IMG/VR virus record: IMGVR_UViG_3300021964_009390
Location: 1 to 64,000 of that record
DNA length: 64,000 bases
Reading direction: 5' to 3' (one strand)
The notes under the pieces were generated by a model that did not search any database, had not been told where the DNA came from, and was given only the letters and a program-made list of their open reading frames with translations. This document shows, one piece after another, positions 1-9,730 of this stretch. Position numbers and translations under genes: made by a program. Within the stretch, counting starts at the first letter, position 1. The number at the start of each line of letters is the position of its first letter.

Positions 1-139
1 CTGACGAGCTGTGCGGAACTAACACTGACGAGCTGTGCGGAACTAACACTGACGAGCTGTGCGGAACTAACACTGACGAGCTGTGCGGAACTAACACTGA
101 CGAGCTGTGCGGAACTAACACTGACGAATTGTGCGGAAC
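1..139 (+). repeat. 24-bp tandem repeat CTGACGAGCTGTGCGGAACTAACA (5 perfect copies plus 1 degenerate), encoding (TDELCGTN)n
   Basis: Read directly: units at 1, 25, 49, 73 and 97, degenerate unit at 121. No spacers; in frame with the neck ORF. Confidence 0.97.
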
Positions 140-782
140 GAATAGCTCTGAAACTACCGGTACAACTGCTACAACTGCTACAACTGCTACAACTGCTACA
201 ACTGCGGCGAATTGTGAGTTTAATATATCATATGATTATGATTTAAATGATTATAGGAAAGTTATTGATGTGTGGAGTTTCCGTCAAGGTAGCCATACAG
301 GAGTAAACACTCTATTCACACTAGAGCAATCATTAGCTCAGCAAACATACTTTAGTTACGCAATGGGTAACTATGGTTTTGATTTGGTGAGTTGGTATGC
401 AGTCAAAGAATGGTTGGAATTGCGTGAAAAATTATTAGTTACAAAACCAAGCATAACGTTTAATGATCGGACACAGTACATGAAAATCATCCCGGAACCT
501 AGAAACAGATATTACGGTATCGTGGGATGTTATGTTGAAGCGCCAGTTAGAGACTTGGTCAAAAGTTTGTGGGTGTATCAATATGCACTGGCGTTAACTA
601 AAATGGTTGTCGGTAGAGTACGTGGCAAATACGGGGGAACAAGTCTGGTAGGTGGTGGTAACATAGATGGAGATAGCTTGATATCTGAAGGTAAAGAAGA
701 AAAAGCTCAACTCGAAAAAGAGTTGTACGAAGTTGCCCCCGGTTTAGGTGACTCCCCACCACCGCAGTTTTTTGTTGCATAA
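3..782 (+). CDS. T4 gp13-like neck protein, 5'-truncated by the window edge, with internal repeat insertion
   Basis: The frame is open from base 3 through the repeats. The C-terminus WVYQYALALTKMVVGRVRGKYGGTSLVGGGNIDGDSLISEGKEEKAQLEKEL resembles the gp13 C-terminal motif. Head genes are adjacent. Confidence 0.75.
   Translation, partial: DELCGTNTDELCGTNTDELCGTNTDELCGTNTDELCGTNTDELCGTNSSETTGTTATTATTATTATTAANCEFNISYDYDLNDYRKVIDVWSFRQGSHTGVNTLFTLEQSLAQQTYFSYAMGNYGFDLVSWYAVKEWLELREKLLVTKPSITFNDRTQYMKIIPEPRNRYYGIVGCYVEAPVRDLVKSLWVYQYALALTKMVVGRVRGKYGGTSLVGGGNIDGDSLISEGKEEKAQLEKELYEVAPGLGDSPPPQFFVA
162..206 (+). repeat. 9-bp tandem repeat ACAACTGCT (4 perfect copies plus 1 near-perfect), encoding (TTA)n
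   Basis: Read directly. Confidence 0.95.
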
Positions 783-1087
783 TGTTGTACAATACAAATT
801 GTGACTTGTGTAATCTAGTTAAAAAAACTAAATGGTATTATGAATGCGGTACATTCGTTATATTGGATTGTGTTGTATGCAAAATACCCATGGCTGTGTC
901 TAGAGAGCATATACCACCAACTGCTAGTGACCTTGTTGTGAATCAGATTAGATTGAACATGAGGACCAAACTGGAGCAAATCGCTGAAAAGTTTTACAAC
1001 GATAAACCTTTCTACATAGACAAGATACAGAGGAAAATACCTGACCATTTGCACTGGCATGCTCGATTGTTAACTGATGCATCATAA
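782..1087 (+). CDS. Small HIT-like protein
   Basis: Two CxxC motifs and a C-terminal HLHWH (HxHxH) motif. Confidence 0.5.
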   Translation: MLYNTNCDLCNLVKKTKWYYECGTFVILDCVVCKIPMAVSREHIPPTASDLVVNQIRLNMRTKLEQIAEKFYNDKPFYIDKIQRKIPDHLHWHARLLTDAS

Positions 1088-1532
1088 AGACGAGAGATAC
1101 AAACAAGGGGTGTACCGCCCTATAAACAAAAAATATACCGGTAAGCATTATCCTAAATACAGAAGTAGTTGGGAGTTAAAATTTTTTAGATGGTGTGACC
1201 TGAATCCAAACGTTGTAGAATGGAACAGTGAAAATGTAGTGATACCATATCGTATAGGTAACGGTAAACCTCGCCGATACATAGTTGACAACACTGTGTC
1301 CATGAAACAAAATGGTTGTATCAAGAAATATCTTGTTGAAATCAAACCTTACGCGCAAACACAACCACCCAAACCACATGGAAACAAAAAACGTAGTACT
1401 TTGATATACGAGCAATACACATATGCAAAAAACAAAAGCAAATGGCTTGCTGCGAAACAATGGTGTAGCAAGCACGGTTACCAATTCATGATACTCACCG
1501 AACGCGAGTTATACAACAAGCGTACTAAATAA
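1077..1532 (+). CDS. T4 gp4-like head completion nuclease (TnsA-like fold)
   Basis: YKQGVYRPIN..KY..YRSSWELKFFRWCDLNPNVVEWNSE..IPY and LVEIKPYAQTQPP motifs. Confidence 0.9.
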   Translation: MHHKDERYKQGVYRPINKKYTGKHYPKYRSSWELKFFRWCDLNPNVVEWNSENVVIPYRIGNGKPRRYIVDNTVSMKQNGCIKKYLVEIKPYAQTQPPKPHGNKKRSTLIYEQYTYAKNKSKWLAAKQWCSKHGYQFMILTERELYNKRTK

Positions 1533-1536
1533 TTAT

Positions 1537-1845
1537 ATGAAATATATAATGATAACATGCTTACTTTTGACCGGATGCTTGTCTTCAGTCGTGAAACATC
1601 ATAAATCCGCATCGGTATCCAACGCTACTGTTGAACCTACCGTACCATTTGTAACTAATGTCGAAACGACTTTACCTCGAAACAGCGTCAATCCTGGTAC
1701 ATATGACCTGACAAATGATATTATGTTAATAATTGGTACAATAATCATGCTGATATGTTTCGCACCTCTAATACTATCTTTTCTAGACTATTCAATAGAA
1801 ATTGTTCGTGATAAAATATCGAACTTAATTAACAAGACTAAATAA
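1537..1845 (+). CDS. Putative membrane-anchored lipoprotein
   Basis: Lipobox-like LLLTGC and one C-terminal hydrophobic segment; TAAATA motif upstream. Confidence 0.5.
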   Translation: MKYIMITCLLLTGCLSSVVKHHKSASVSNATVEPTVPFVTNVETTLPRNSVNPGTYDLTNDIMLIIGTIIMLICFAPLILSFLDYSIEIVRDKISNLINKTK

Positions 1846-1849
1846 TTAC

Positions 1850-2281
1850 ATGTTTGGGAGTGTATTAAACACAATTATAGGGGCTGGTATCAAAATAGGT
1901 GCCAACTTAATAAGCGCGTGGATTGAACAACGTAAAGTTGATAGAACATTAATGGCCGCGCGGGATGAAAATATACTCAAGATGATAGCAGAGAGTCAAA
2001 AAGAAACAAGAAGCGACCCGTTTGTAAAAACTACTCGGAGAATATTGTTCTTAGCACTCACATTCACCTACTGTTATTTAATGATATTTTACGCGTTGAA
2101 TCCTGATATAACATACCAAATTGTAAAACCAGCAGACCCCAGCGGTGGTATTTTGAGCTGGTTTTTTGGTGATACACAATGGGTGACATTCAACCTAACC
2201 GGTGGTTTGTTATTAGCAAGTTTTGTTGATTTAATGTTCATGGTTATAGGTTTTTACGCCATTCCTAGTAACAAAAGGTAG
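1850..2281 (+). CDS. Multi-TM membrane protein, holin-like candidate
   Basis: N-terminal amphipathic segment plus two hydrophobic helices. Function is inferred only. Confidence 0.4.
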   Translation: MFGSVLNTIIGAGIKIGANLISAWIEQRKVDRTLMAARDENILKMIAESQKETRSDPFVKTTRRILFLALTFTYCYLMIFYALNPDITYQIVKPADPSGGILSWFFGDTQWVTFNLTGGLLLASFVDLMFMVIGFYAIPSNKR

Positions 2282-2316
2282 TAGTATTTTCCGTTCTCGG
2301 ACTAAATACTCGTATT

Positions 2317-2988
2317 ATGGCATTTAAGTTACTAGTGGAAAAACCTGACATGCACGAGTTTGAATACATTCTCGAGGAGCAAAACGACAAATCAGAAAGC
2401 AATTTGTACGTCTCTGGCCCGTATATGCAATTTGGAGAAAAGAACCGAAACGGTCGAATATACGAAGAACGGGAGATGTGTACTGAAGTGAACCGGTACA
2501 TAAAAGAGATGGTCAATGAAAAAAGATCGTTAGGGGAGCTAAACCACCCCACAAGCGCGGAAGTGAATCCAGAAAAGGCATGTCATATGGTTACTGAGCT
2601 CAAACAAAACGGTAATATATTTTTCGGAAAATCTAAAGTGTTGGGTACACCATGTGGACAAATCATGAGAAGCTTGATAATGGATGGTGTGAAACTTGGC
2701 ATGAGTAGCCGCGCGTTAGGCCAATTGGAAGAAAAGGAAGACGCTAATTATGTTAAAGAAATGAGACTAGTGGCAGTAGATTGTGTAGCAGATCCTAGCT
2801 TTCCAAAAGCTTTTGTGAATGGTATACTAGAAAGTAAAAATTACGTGCTCACACAGGATGGAGGTTTCAGTGAAACTTACGAAGATTTTGAAGCTGGTAT
2901 AAAAAATTTACCAAAAAAAGATCTAGATACATATTTAAAAGAACAAATTTGTATGTTTTTAAATAGAATTAACCAAGTGATTGACTAA
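2317..2988 (+). CDS. Prohead core protease (T4 gp21-like)
   Basis: KNRNGRIY, LGELNHP, GMSSRALG and VDCVADPSFPKAFVNGILE motifs; lies upstream of scaffold and capsid genes. Confidence 0.93.
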   Translation: MAFKLLVEKPDMHEFEYILEEQNDKSESNLYVSGPYMQFGEKNRNGRIYEEREMCTEVNRYIKEMVNEKRSLGELNHPTSAEVNPEKACHMVTELKQNGNIFFGKSKVLGTPCGQIMRSLIMDGVKLGMSSRALGQLEEKEDANYVKEMRLVAVDCVADPSFPKAFVNGILESKNYVLTQDGGFSETYEDFEAGIKNLPKKDLDTYLKEQICMFLNRINQVID

Positions 2989-2998
2989 ATAATTAGTA

Positions 2999-3163
2999 AT
3001 GACAATGAAACCACGTAGCAAAGAAAGAACACACATTGTAAATTTTATCAAAAACTTAAATGAACAAGATTATGCTAATGCTAATCGCTGTTTAAAAAAT
3101 GTTGTTTTCGAAAAGATCCGGAAAAAAATTAGATTAGCCGCTACAAAACCCCTTTTTAATTGA
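2999..3163 (+). CDS. 54-aa small head-cluster protein (possible gp67-like core protein); missing from the ORF track
   Basis: Translated by hand as MTMKPRSKERTHIVNFIKNLNEQDYANANRCLKNVVFEKIRKKIRLAATKPLFN. It fills the gp21-gp22 gap exactly. Confidence 0.55.
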   Translation: MTMKPRSKERTHIVNFIKNLNEQDYANANRCLKNVVFEKIRKKIRLAATKPLFN

Positions 3164-3164
3164 T

Positions 3165-4091
3165 ATGAGCACTGAAAACCAAAAATTCCAAGAGATGTTA
3201 AAAGAGGTCACCAAGGATATCTTGAGTGAAGACAGCCTGTCTCAAATCCAAGAAGCTTTTGACTCTGCAGTACAAGAGCGAGTTGACCTGCATGTAGAAA
3301 AAGCTTTAGTTGAACAGGACGACCAGTACGCTGGAAAGCTAGAAAAGCTACTTGAAGCTATTGATAACGACCATTGTAACAAATTAGAGCAACTAGTTGA
3401 AGCTATTGACACCAACCACGCTCAAAAATTACAACTTATAGTCAACAAGTATAAAACGGCTTTGAACGAAGAAGCAGTTGAATTGAAAGAAAGTCTTATA
3501 GACAACATAAGTAACTATTTAGAATTGTATGTAGAAAAGTCATTACCTATGGAACATATACAGGAAGCTGTGAACAACAAACGCGCTCGTAGTGTGCTCG
3601 GTGAGTTGCGTCAGGTACTAGCAGTTGACGGTGTGTTGGGTAAACAATCAATTGCAAACGCAATCGCGGACGGTAAGCATCAAATAGACGAGTCTACTGC
3701 GATCGCTCGGAAAAAAGCTAAAGAAAACAAATTACTCAAAGAAAATTTAGACCGTGCTCAAGCAGAGTTAATATTAGAAAGAAAGTCTGTTGGTTTACCG
3801 GAGCGTAAAAAAGAATATGTACGCCGAGTGTTAGATGGGAAGTCCGCGGAGTTCATCACGGAAAACTTTGATTACACGCTGCAGTTATTTGAAAAAGACG
3901 ATATAAATGCTAGAAACAGTTTGAGAGAACAAGCTAAACAGTCTCGAGCAGTCAGTAAAAAGAATGTAGATGTTATAGTTGAGAACAAACAACCAGAACA
4001 AGCACCAATACAAGAGAGTGCTAGCAATTTAGATGATACTGCTAATGACCCGATGTTCAACACGTACATGGGGGAACTTGGTAAGTATTAA
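3165..4091 (+). CDS. Prohead scaffolding protein (T4 gp22-like)
   Basis: Acidic, coiled-coil-like protein between protease and capsid genes; C-terminus MFNTYMGELGKY. Confidence 0.85.
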   Translation: MSTENQKFQEMLKEVTKDILSEDSLSQIQEAFDSAVQERVDLHVEKALVEQDDQYAGKLEKLLEAIDNDHCNKLEQLVEAIDTNHAQKLQLIVNKYKTALNEEAVELKESLIDNISNYLELYVEKSLPMEHIQEAVNNKRARSVLGELRQVLAVDGVLGKQSIANAIADGKHQIDESTAIARKKAKENKLLKENLDRAQAELILERKSVGLPERKKEYVRRVLDGKSAEFITENFDYTLQLFEKDDINARNSLREQAKQSRAVSKKNVDVIVENKQPEQAPIQESASNLDDTANDPMFNTYMGELGKY

Positions 4092-4149
4092 TTTTATACG
4101 ATGATGAGGTAGCGATACCTGAGTAACAAGGTCAAGGAGAAAACATAAT

Positions 4150-5706
4150 ATGTCAAAAGTTATTAAACCAACTCAAGCTTATATCGATGAAAGTCGCGCA
4201 AGGGTGTTGCTCGAGAAGTGGGGTCCAGTACTCGACTACAACTCAGCAAATGTAGCACCTATTGAAGATGATCATACACGTCTCAACACAGCCATGCTTT
4301 TGGAAAACCAAGAGTCTTGGTGTTTGAATGAGGCCAATGTAGCAGGTGGAACTGGTGCAGTATTCGGCGGTCCTTCCGCTGGTGCCGGTGCACAAGGTGG
4401 AGTCTTCCCAGGTTCTGGGGACACTGCTTATGCACAAGGTGACGCACGTCTGCCAAAGATCCTCATCCCGATGATTCGTCGTACATTCCCAGAGTTGTTG
4501 ACTAATGAATTAGTAGGTGTTCAGCCAATGAGCGGTCCTGTAGGGCTCGCTTTTGCTTTGCGTTACAAGTACAGCGACACAATGCTTGGAGAGACTAACA
4601 ACAACGGTAAAGACGGAAGTCTTGGATCCGGAGTGTCAGGTCCTGCAGGTACAGACGCGTACAGTGCCGCGGCCGGAAATGCCGGTCCTGGTGGTCGTAA
4701 TGTTCCGGGCAACCTCAATGGTAGCCCAGTCGCTGGTGAACTTGGATATCAATATCTTGATACCCGCTTCACTGGTAAGAGCAGCGCGGCTCTTCAAGGT
4801 TCAGATATCTCCCAAACTTCTGGTACATTCGGGCTCAGCCCCGGGAAAGGTACCGTCAATTGGGACGCATTGAATCAGGACGCTGGTGTAGCAGCTCTCT
4901 TGGGTGAATTCGAATTAGGAAGTAACATTCCTACAATCGAGGTCAGTTTCGAGAAAACAGCTGTTGAAGCCGGAACACGTAGGCTTGCTGCCAACTGGAG
5001 TGTGGAACTCGAACAAGACTTGAAGAACATGAACGGTATCGACATTGATACTGAGCTCACCAACGCGATGAGCTACGAGCTTCAAGCCGAAATCGATCGT
5101 GAGATGATTGTTCGTATGATCCAAACAGCACTTCAAGGAGGAATCGGCAAAGGCTACAGTGCATGGTTTGCTGAAACCGCTGATGGACGTTGGATGGCAG
5201 AACGTAACCGTGACCTTTACGCAAAACTCATCGTTGAAGCAAATCGTATAGCGATCCGCAACCGTCGTGGTGCAGCAAACTTTATTGTTGCTAGCCCGTC
5301 CGTTTGCGCGATACTAGAGATGCTTCCTGAGTTTACATGGATGCCTGTCAATGGTTCCGTCAACACACAACCTGTTGGCGTTGCTAAGGTAGGTAACCTA
5401 GGCGGAAGGTTCAACGTTTACAGAGACACCCGTACTGAGGCTCAAAAGGAACAAGGTTTACGTTCCAATCAAGTCGAGTACGCACTCTTAGGATACAAGG
5501 GACCAGAGTTTTATGATACTGGTATCATATACTGCCCTTACATCCCTGTGATGGTTCAACGCACTATTGGCCCTAACGACTTCAGTCCACGTGTTGGACT
5601 ACTCACCCGTTACGGTGTTGTAGACAACATTTTTGGTGCTGAGTTGTACTACCATGTAGTACTAGTCGGTGGGCTCAAGGGTGGTTTGTCAACAGGACAC
5701 CTCTGA
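4150..5706 (+). CDS. Major capsid protein (T4 gp23-like)
   Basis: LLEKWGPVLD, MLLENQE, ILIPMIRRTFP..GVQPMSGPVGLAFALR, WSVELEQDLK and GIIYCPYIP..GLLTRYG motifs; AAGGAG upstream. Confidence 0.97.
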   Translation: MSKVIKPTQAYIDESRARVLLEKWGPVLDYNSANVAPIEDDHTRLNTAMLLENQESWCLNEANVAGGTGAVFGGPSAGAGAQGGVFPGSGDTAYAQGDARLPKILIPMIRRTFPELLTNELVGVQPMSGPVGLAFALRYKYSDTMLGETNNNGKDGSLGSGVSGPAGTDAYSAAAGNAGPGGRNVPGNLNGSPVAGELGYQYLDTRFTGKSSAALQGSDISQTSGTFGLSPGKGTVNWDALNQDAGVAALLGEFELGSNIPTIEVSFEKTAVEAGTRRLAANWSVELEQDLKNMNGIDIDTELTNAMSYELQAEIDREMIVRMIQTALQGGIGKGYSAWFAETADGRWMAERNRDLYAKLIVEANRIAIRNRRGAANFIVASPSVCAILEMLPEFTWMPVNGSVNTQPVGVAKVGNLGGRFNVYRDTRTEAQKEQGLRSNQVEYALLGYKGPEFYDTGIIYCPYIPVMVQRTIGPNDFSPRVGLLTRYGVVDNIFGAELYYHVVLVGGLKGGLSTGHL

Positions 5707-5756
5707 TACGAGAGCGCCTAGAGCGTTGAAATGATACACACGCTCTAAAAAATTTA

Positions 5757-5789
5757 ACACCGGTCTTAACCGACCGGTGTTTCTTTTTG
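5757..5789 (+). terminator. Intrinsic terminator after the major capsid gene, probably bidirectional
   Basis: Stem ACACCGGTC/GACCGGTGT with a 6-nt loop, followed by TTCTTTTT. The clpC stop codon lies in the loop. A second hairpin TAGAGCGT/ACGCTCTA sits at 5719-5747. Confidence 0.85.
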
Positions 5790-8228
5790 TTCAATTACAA
5801 TCTCGTCGTCATGTAGCTTGATTACTACATCAGTTGTCCGCTCATTTTTTAAAATGTATTTAGCGAGTGGAGTCTGTATATGTGTTTGTATAGCACGTCT
5901 CAACGGCCTGGCCCCGAATTTGCTATCAAACCCTCGATCAACTAACATATTCCTCACCGGCCTGGTGATTTCTAAGTTGATCTGTTTCATATTCATACGG
6001 GTTATAAATTTTTTCAACTCACTATTCAAAATCTTTTTACATACATCCAATGTGAGACTGTTAAACATTACAATTTCATCCAACCGGTTTAAAAATTCCG
6101 GACGTAGATATTGCTGCAATTGTTTCTTCACATTGTCTAAATTATCCTGTTCATTAGAACCAAACCCTACTACATGATTTTTCTGCATCCGATCCGCACC
6201 GATATTAGACGTCATTAAAATGATACAATTTCTAAAATTAATAGTCACTCCTCGGCTATCAGTCAACTGCCCCTCATCTAACAATTGCAACAACAACTGC
6301 ATCACATCCGGATGTGCTTTTTCTATCTCATCAAACAATACAACACTGTATGGATTGTACCGTATTTGCTCGGTAAGTTGCCCACCCTCACCGTAACCAA
6401 CATAACCCGGAGGACTGCCAATCAATTTGCTGACAGAATGTGATTCCATTAATTCGCTCATGTCCACACGAATCATATTATCCATGTCCCCGTATATATG
6501 TTCCGCTAGTTGTTTGGCTAGATATGTTTTACCCACACCTGTAGGTCCCATCAACAAGAATGACCCAACAGGTTTACCCGGTTCATTGACATCAGTACGA
6601 CCACGTATCACACTGTCGCAAATTAAATTTACTGCTTGCTGTTGCCCTATCACCTTTTTATTAATGGTTCTTTCTAGCGACAGCAGCTTTTTACTCTCGC
6701 TACGTTTCAAATGCTGCAACGGGACCCCGCACCAGTTGCTTACTGTTTTACGTATATCTTCTTCTGTTATGGTAGTGGTTTTCTGATTATTTTTCACCCG
6801 TTCTAATGCATTGTATTTTTTCTTACGTAATCGCTTCTCCGCTTCTCTGTATGTTGCAGCTGCGATATAATCATCTTTATCTAGAAACTCATGAATCAAC
6901 TGTACGCTGTCCTGAATTTTTTCATCTATAGACAATACCGACTTGGGTATCTTACCCTTAGCTAATTTGACACGAGCTGCACATTCATCTAGTACATCTA
7001 TCGCTTTGTCTGGAAAAAATCTATCTGATATGTACCGTTCACTCAAACTAACAGCCGCTTCTATCGCATCCGGTGTGAACTCTACACTATGAAAGTCTTC
7101 ATATTTATATTTCAACCCATCTAGTATGTCTATAACCATATCATATTCCGGTTCATCTACAACAATTTTTTGAAATCTACGCTCAAGAGCACCATCACTT
7201 TCTATAAACTCTCTGTATTCATCAAATGTAGTTGTACCGATACAGCAAATACCACCTCTACTTAACGCAGGTTTTAAAATATTGGCGGCATCCATAGCAC
7301 CGTCCGCGTTACCAGCTCCAACTAACATATGGATCTCATCAATAAACACAATAGCGTTGTCAATATTGAGTAAATCATCCATGACCTGTTTCATACGCTC
7401 TTCAAACTGTCCGCGGAATTTTGTACCAGCCACCATCAAAGACAAATCTAGATTGTATATGTTTTTGTCTTTCAATTGTACCGGTACTAGATCGGAGGCA
7501 ATCAAATTGCACAAACCTTCTACAACAGCAGTCTTCCCCACTCCCGGTTCACCTACTAGCACCGGGTTGTTCTTTTGCCGGCGGACTAGAACTTGCATAA
7601 CGCGTTCAATTTCCGAGTCTCTACCAATCACAGGATCTAGCTCCCCTTGTTTGGCAAGTTCTGTCATGTTGCTGCTGAACATACGCAAAGCTTCACCTGG
7701 TGCCACAGTTGTTTCTTCCCCTCCGGTACCAACATTTTGCTCTTCGTTTTTTGTACCCCCGTTTTCGATTTGTGGATTTAAATAAGCCCGTAGGCTTTGT
7801 GCTAATTCCGGAAGATCTACACTATGTTCATATAGAAAATTAAAAGCTGGGCATTCTGTATGACATACAACCCCTAGAAATATATGCTCGGTACCTATAA
7901 ATGAATGGTCCATTTTGATACTAATGTTCCTGGCGATTTGCAACACCTTGTCAACATCATCAGAAGCGGGGATCTTTATTTTAGCTTCTAGTTTAGGATC
8001 CACTTTTTTGATGTCTAAATTGTCTAGGTAATGATCCAAACGCTCGATTAACCGCGATACATCCACCCGCTGTTCGTTTGCTAGTATGTCACATATGTAA
8101 CTGCCTTGTGTGTTTAGTGTAGCATACAACAGATGTAATGTGTTGATCTCACCATGGTTATATTTCTTGGCTGTGATTTGAGCTGCCGCTAATAAATCGC
8201 TAGCGCGAGGTGTAAAATTATACATCAT
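5766..8228 (-). CDS. clpC: ClpC/ClpA-type AAA+ unfoldase (ClpP partner)
   Basis: Double Clp-N domain, two Walker A motifs (GEPGVGKT, GPTGVGKT), pore loops GTKFRG and GYVGY, short UVR-like middle domain, VGF ClpP-docking tripeptide. Confidence 0.92.
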   Translation of the reverse strand: MMYNFTPRASDLLAAAQITAKKYNHGEINTLHLLYATLNTQGSYICDILANEQRVDVSRLIERLDHYLDNLDIKKVDPKLEAKIKIPASDDVDKVLQIARNISIKMDHSFIGTEHIFLGVVCHTECPAFNFLYEHSVDLPELAQSLRAYLNPQIENGGTKNEEQNVGTGGEETTVAPGEALRMFSSNMTELAKQGELDPVIGRDSEIERVMQVLVRRQKNNPVLVGEPGVGKTAVVEGLCNLIASDLVPVQLKDKNIYNLDLSLMVAGTKFRGQFEERMKQVMDDLLNIDNAIVFIDEIHMLVGAGNADGAMDAANILKPALSRGGICCIGTTTFDEYREFIESDGALERRFQKIVVDEPEYDMVIDILDGLKYKYEDFHSVEFTPDAIEAAVSLSERYISDRFFPDKAIDVLDECAARVKLAKGKIPKSVLSIDEKIQDSVQLIHEFLDKDDYIAAATYREAEKRLRKKKYNALERVKNNQKTTTITEEDIRKTVSNWCGVPLQHLKRSESKKLLSLERTINKKVIGQQQAVNLICDSVIRGRTDVNEPGKPVGSFLLMGPTGVGKTYLAKQLAEHIYGDMDNMIRVDMSELMESHSVSKLIGSPPGYVGYGEGGQLTEQIRYNPYSVVLFDEIEKAHPDVMQLLLQLLDEGQLTDSRGVTINFRNCIILMTSNIGADRMQKNHVVGFGSNEQDNLDNVKKQLQQYLRPEFLNRLDEIVMFNSLTLDVCKKILNSELKKFITRMNMKQINLEITRPVRNMLVDRGFDSKFGARPLRRAIQTHIQTPLAKYILKNERTTDVVIKLHDDEIVIEQKETPVG

Positions 8229-8267
8229 ATATATTAATACTAATGTAACTATCTGTATTTTTCAACG

Positions 8268-8876
8268 TCATATTTTTTTAACAAAAAATGGTTCCCATTC
8301 CTCCCTGTAGTGTTTAAACACATGGAGATAGGGAAGCGGTTTTATTGGTGCTAGCTCGTTTCCGGCCACGTCTTTGAATGGATATATATTACCACGTGTG
8401 TTATTACAAGGCTTACATGTGAGAGTCAAATTAAAATCATCGTTTGTACCGTGTAAGCTTTTAGGTAATATATGCTCCACACTCATGTCACATATTGGTT
8501 TCTTATTACCGCATATCTGGCAACGACCGGAATAACGTTTGTACATGTATTTGACTGTAGGCTTGATTTTACAATTATAACTCCACTTAGATGTAGTCAA
8601 TAAAATAGTCGGTACAGGATATTTAGACTTGTTCGTTCGGACATACGGTTGATTGTTATATAACTCCCCCGGTGATGATTCGACCCATTGATCCCAGTTT
8701 TTAATGTTACTATGACTATCTATAACAAACACAGAACATTGAGTCCTAGATTTACCTTGGTCTCGGACTATTTTATGTACACTCTCCCGAGCTGATGTGA
8801 CTCCGATAGGTGTCCAAAACTTTGATAAGATCAATGTTATACTATCATACGGGTCACATATATATCCAACGCTCAT
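8268..8876 (-). CDS. HNH endonuclease (probable start MSVGY at 8876)
   Basis: RYSGRCQICG...SVEHILPKSLHGTNDDFNLTLTCKPCNNTRGN. Confidence 0.85.
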   Translation of the reverse strand: MSVGYICDPYDSITLILSKFWTPIGVTSARESVHKIVRDQGKSRTQCSVFVIDSHSNIKNWDQWVESSPGELYNNQPYVRTNKSKYPVPTILLTTSKWSYNCKIKPTVKYMYKRYSGRCQICGNKKPICDMSVEHILPKSLHGTNDDFNLTLTCKPCNNTRGNIYPFKDVAGNELAPIKPLPYLHVFKHYREEWEPFFVKKI

Positions 8877-8929
8877 ATATGTATATTTATATGTTGATAA
8901 TGCAGCTTCTACATTATATAATATGTTAT

Positions 8930-9730
8930 ATGAAAATTGAAGTTTCTCATGAGAGCCCGTTAAGCCTTTTAGATAAATCATTAGAATACAACGACTATTG
9001 TTACGCATTAGTACATCTGTTCGAACAATACCCGGAATATTATAATTTCTTCAAAAATGCAAAAGATGTTCATGACAAATGTGTGTATCTAGACAACAGT
9101 ATATTCGAACTAGGTACCAGCTTCGAACCTAAAAGTTACAGCAAATGGATAGAACAGCTGCAACCTAATGTGTATATCGTTCCGGACACATTAGAGGATG
9201 GTAAGGAGACAATTACACAATTTTATACATTCACTGGTGAATACACGAGTTTACCAGGTATAAAGATGGGAGTGGTTCAAGGTAAGACATATGATGATCT
9301 AGTTAGATGTTACAGTTTCATGAGCGAGTATGCAGATATTGTTGCTATAAGCTTTGACTATTCATACTATTTATCCACCGGAGTGGGTAACACTAAACTA
9401 GAAAGGTACATGAATGGTCGTAAAAAATTTATACAAGATTTAATAAATGAAAATCGATGGAACTGGGCAAAGCCAGTACATTTACTAGGTTGTAGTTTGG
9501 CTAGAGAATTCACATACTATGTAGACAACAACATACACAACATCAGAAGCTGTGACACATCAAACCCGATAGTTGCATCTATGTTCGATTTAAAATACAA
9601 TGATGAATGGGGATTGAATGAGAAACCATCGCAAAAATTAGCGGATATGTTAGAAGCAAACTTGAATGACGACCAAATGGAACTTTTAGAGTATAATTTG
9701 AAAATGTTTAAGAAAATTTTAAGAAGATGA
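8930..9730 (+). CDS. TGT-fold (tRNA-guanine transglycosylase-like) protein, DpdA-like candidate (probable start MKIEVSHE)
   Basis: YLDNSIFELG, IVPD, MGVVQG, HLLG and SCDTSNP match TGT barrel motifs; adjacent to QueF. Subfamily is inferred. Confidence 0.7.
   Translation: MKIEVSHESPLSLLDKSLEYNDYCYALVHLFEQYPEYYNFFKNAKDVHDKCVYLDNSIFELGTSFEPKSYSKWIEQLQPNVYIVPDTLEDGKETITQFYTFTGEYTSLPGIKMGVVQGKTYDDLVRCYSFMSEYADIVAISFDYSYYLSTGVGNTKLERYMNGRKKFIQDLINENRWNWAKPVHLLGCSLAREFTYYVDNNIHNIRSCDTSNPIVASMFDLKYNDEWGLNEKPSQKLADMLEANLNDDQMELLEYNLKMFKKILRR

Noticed and set aside
1-139. 24-bp direct repeats as a CRISPR array
   Set aside because: The repeats are contiguous with no spacers, are a multiple of 3, and lie in frame in a coding gene; no cas genes are present.
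1850-2281. Confident holin/spanin lysis module
   Set aside because: Only hydrophobicity supports it and no endolysin is nearby; kept as a low-confidence candidate.
4243-7785. Antisense or alternate-frame ORFs within gp23 and clpC (and similar ones across the window)
   Set aside because: They fully overlap strongly supported genes and carry no recognisable motifs.
5766-8228. ClpB disaggregase
   Set aside because: It lacks the long ClpB middle domain and has a VGF ClpP-binding loop, so ClpC/ClpA is the better call.
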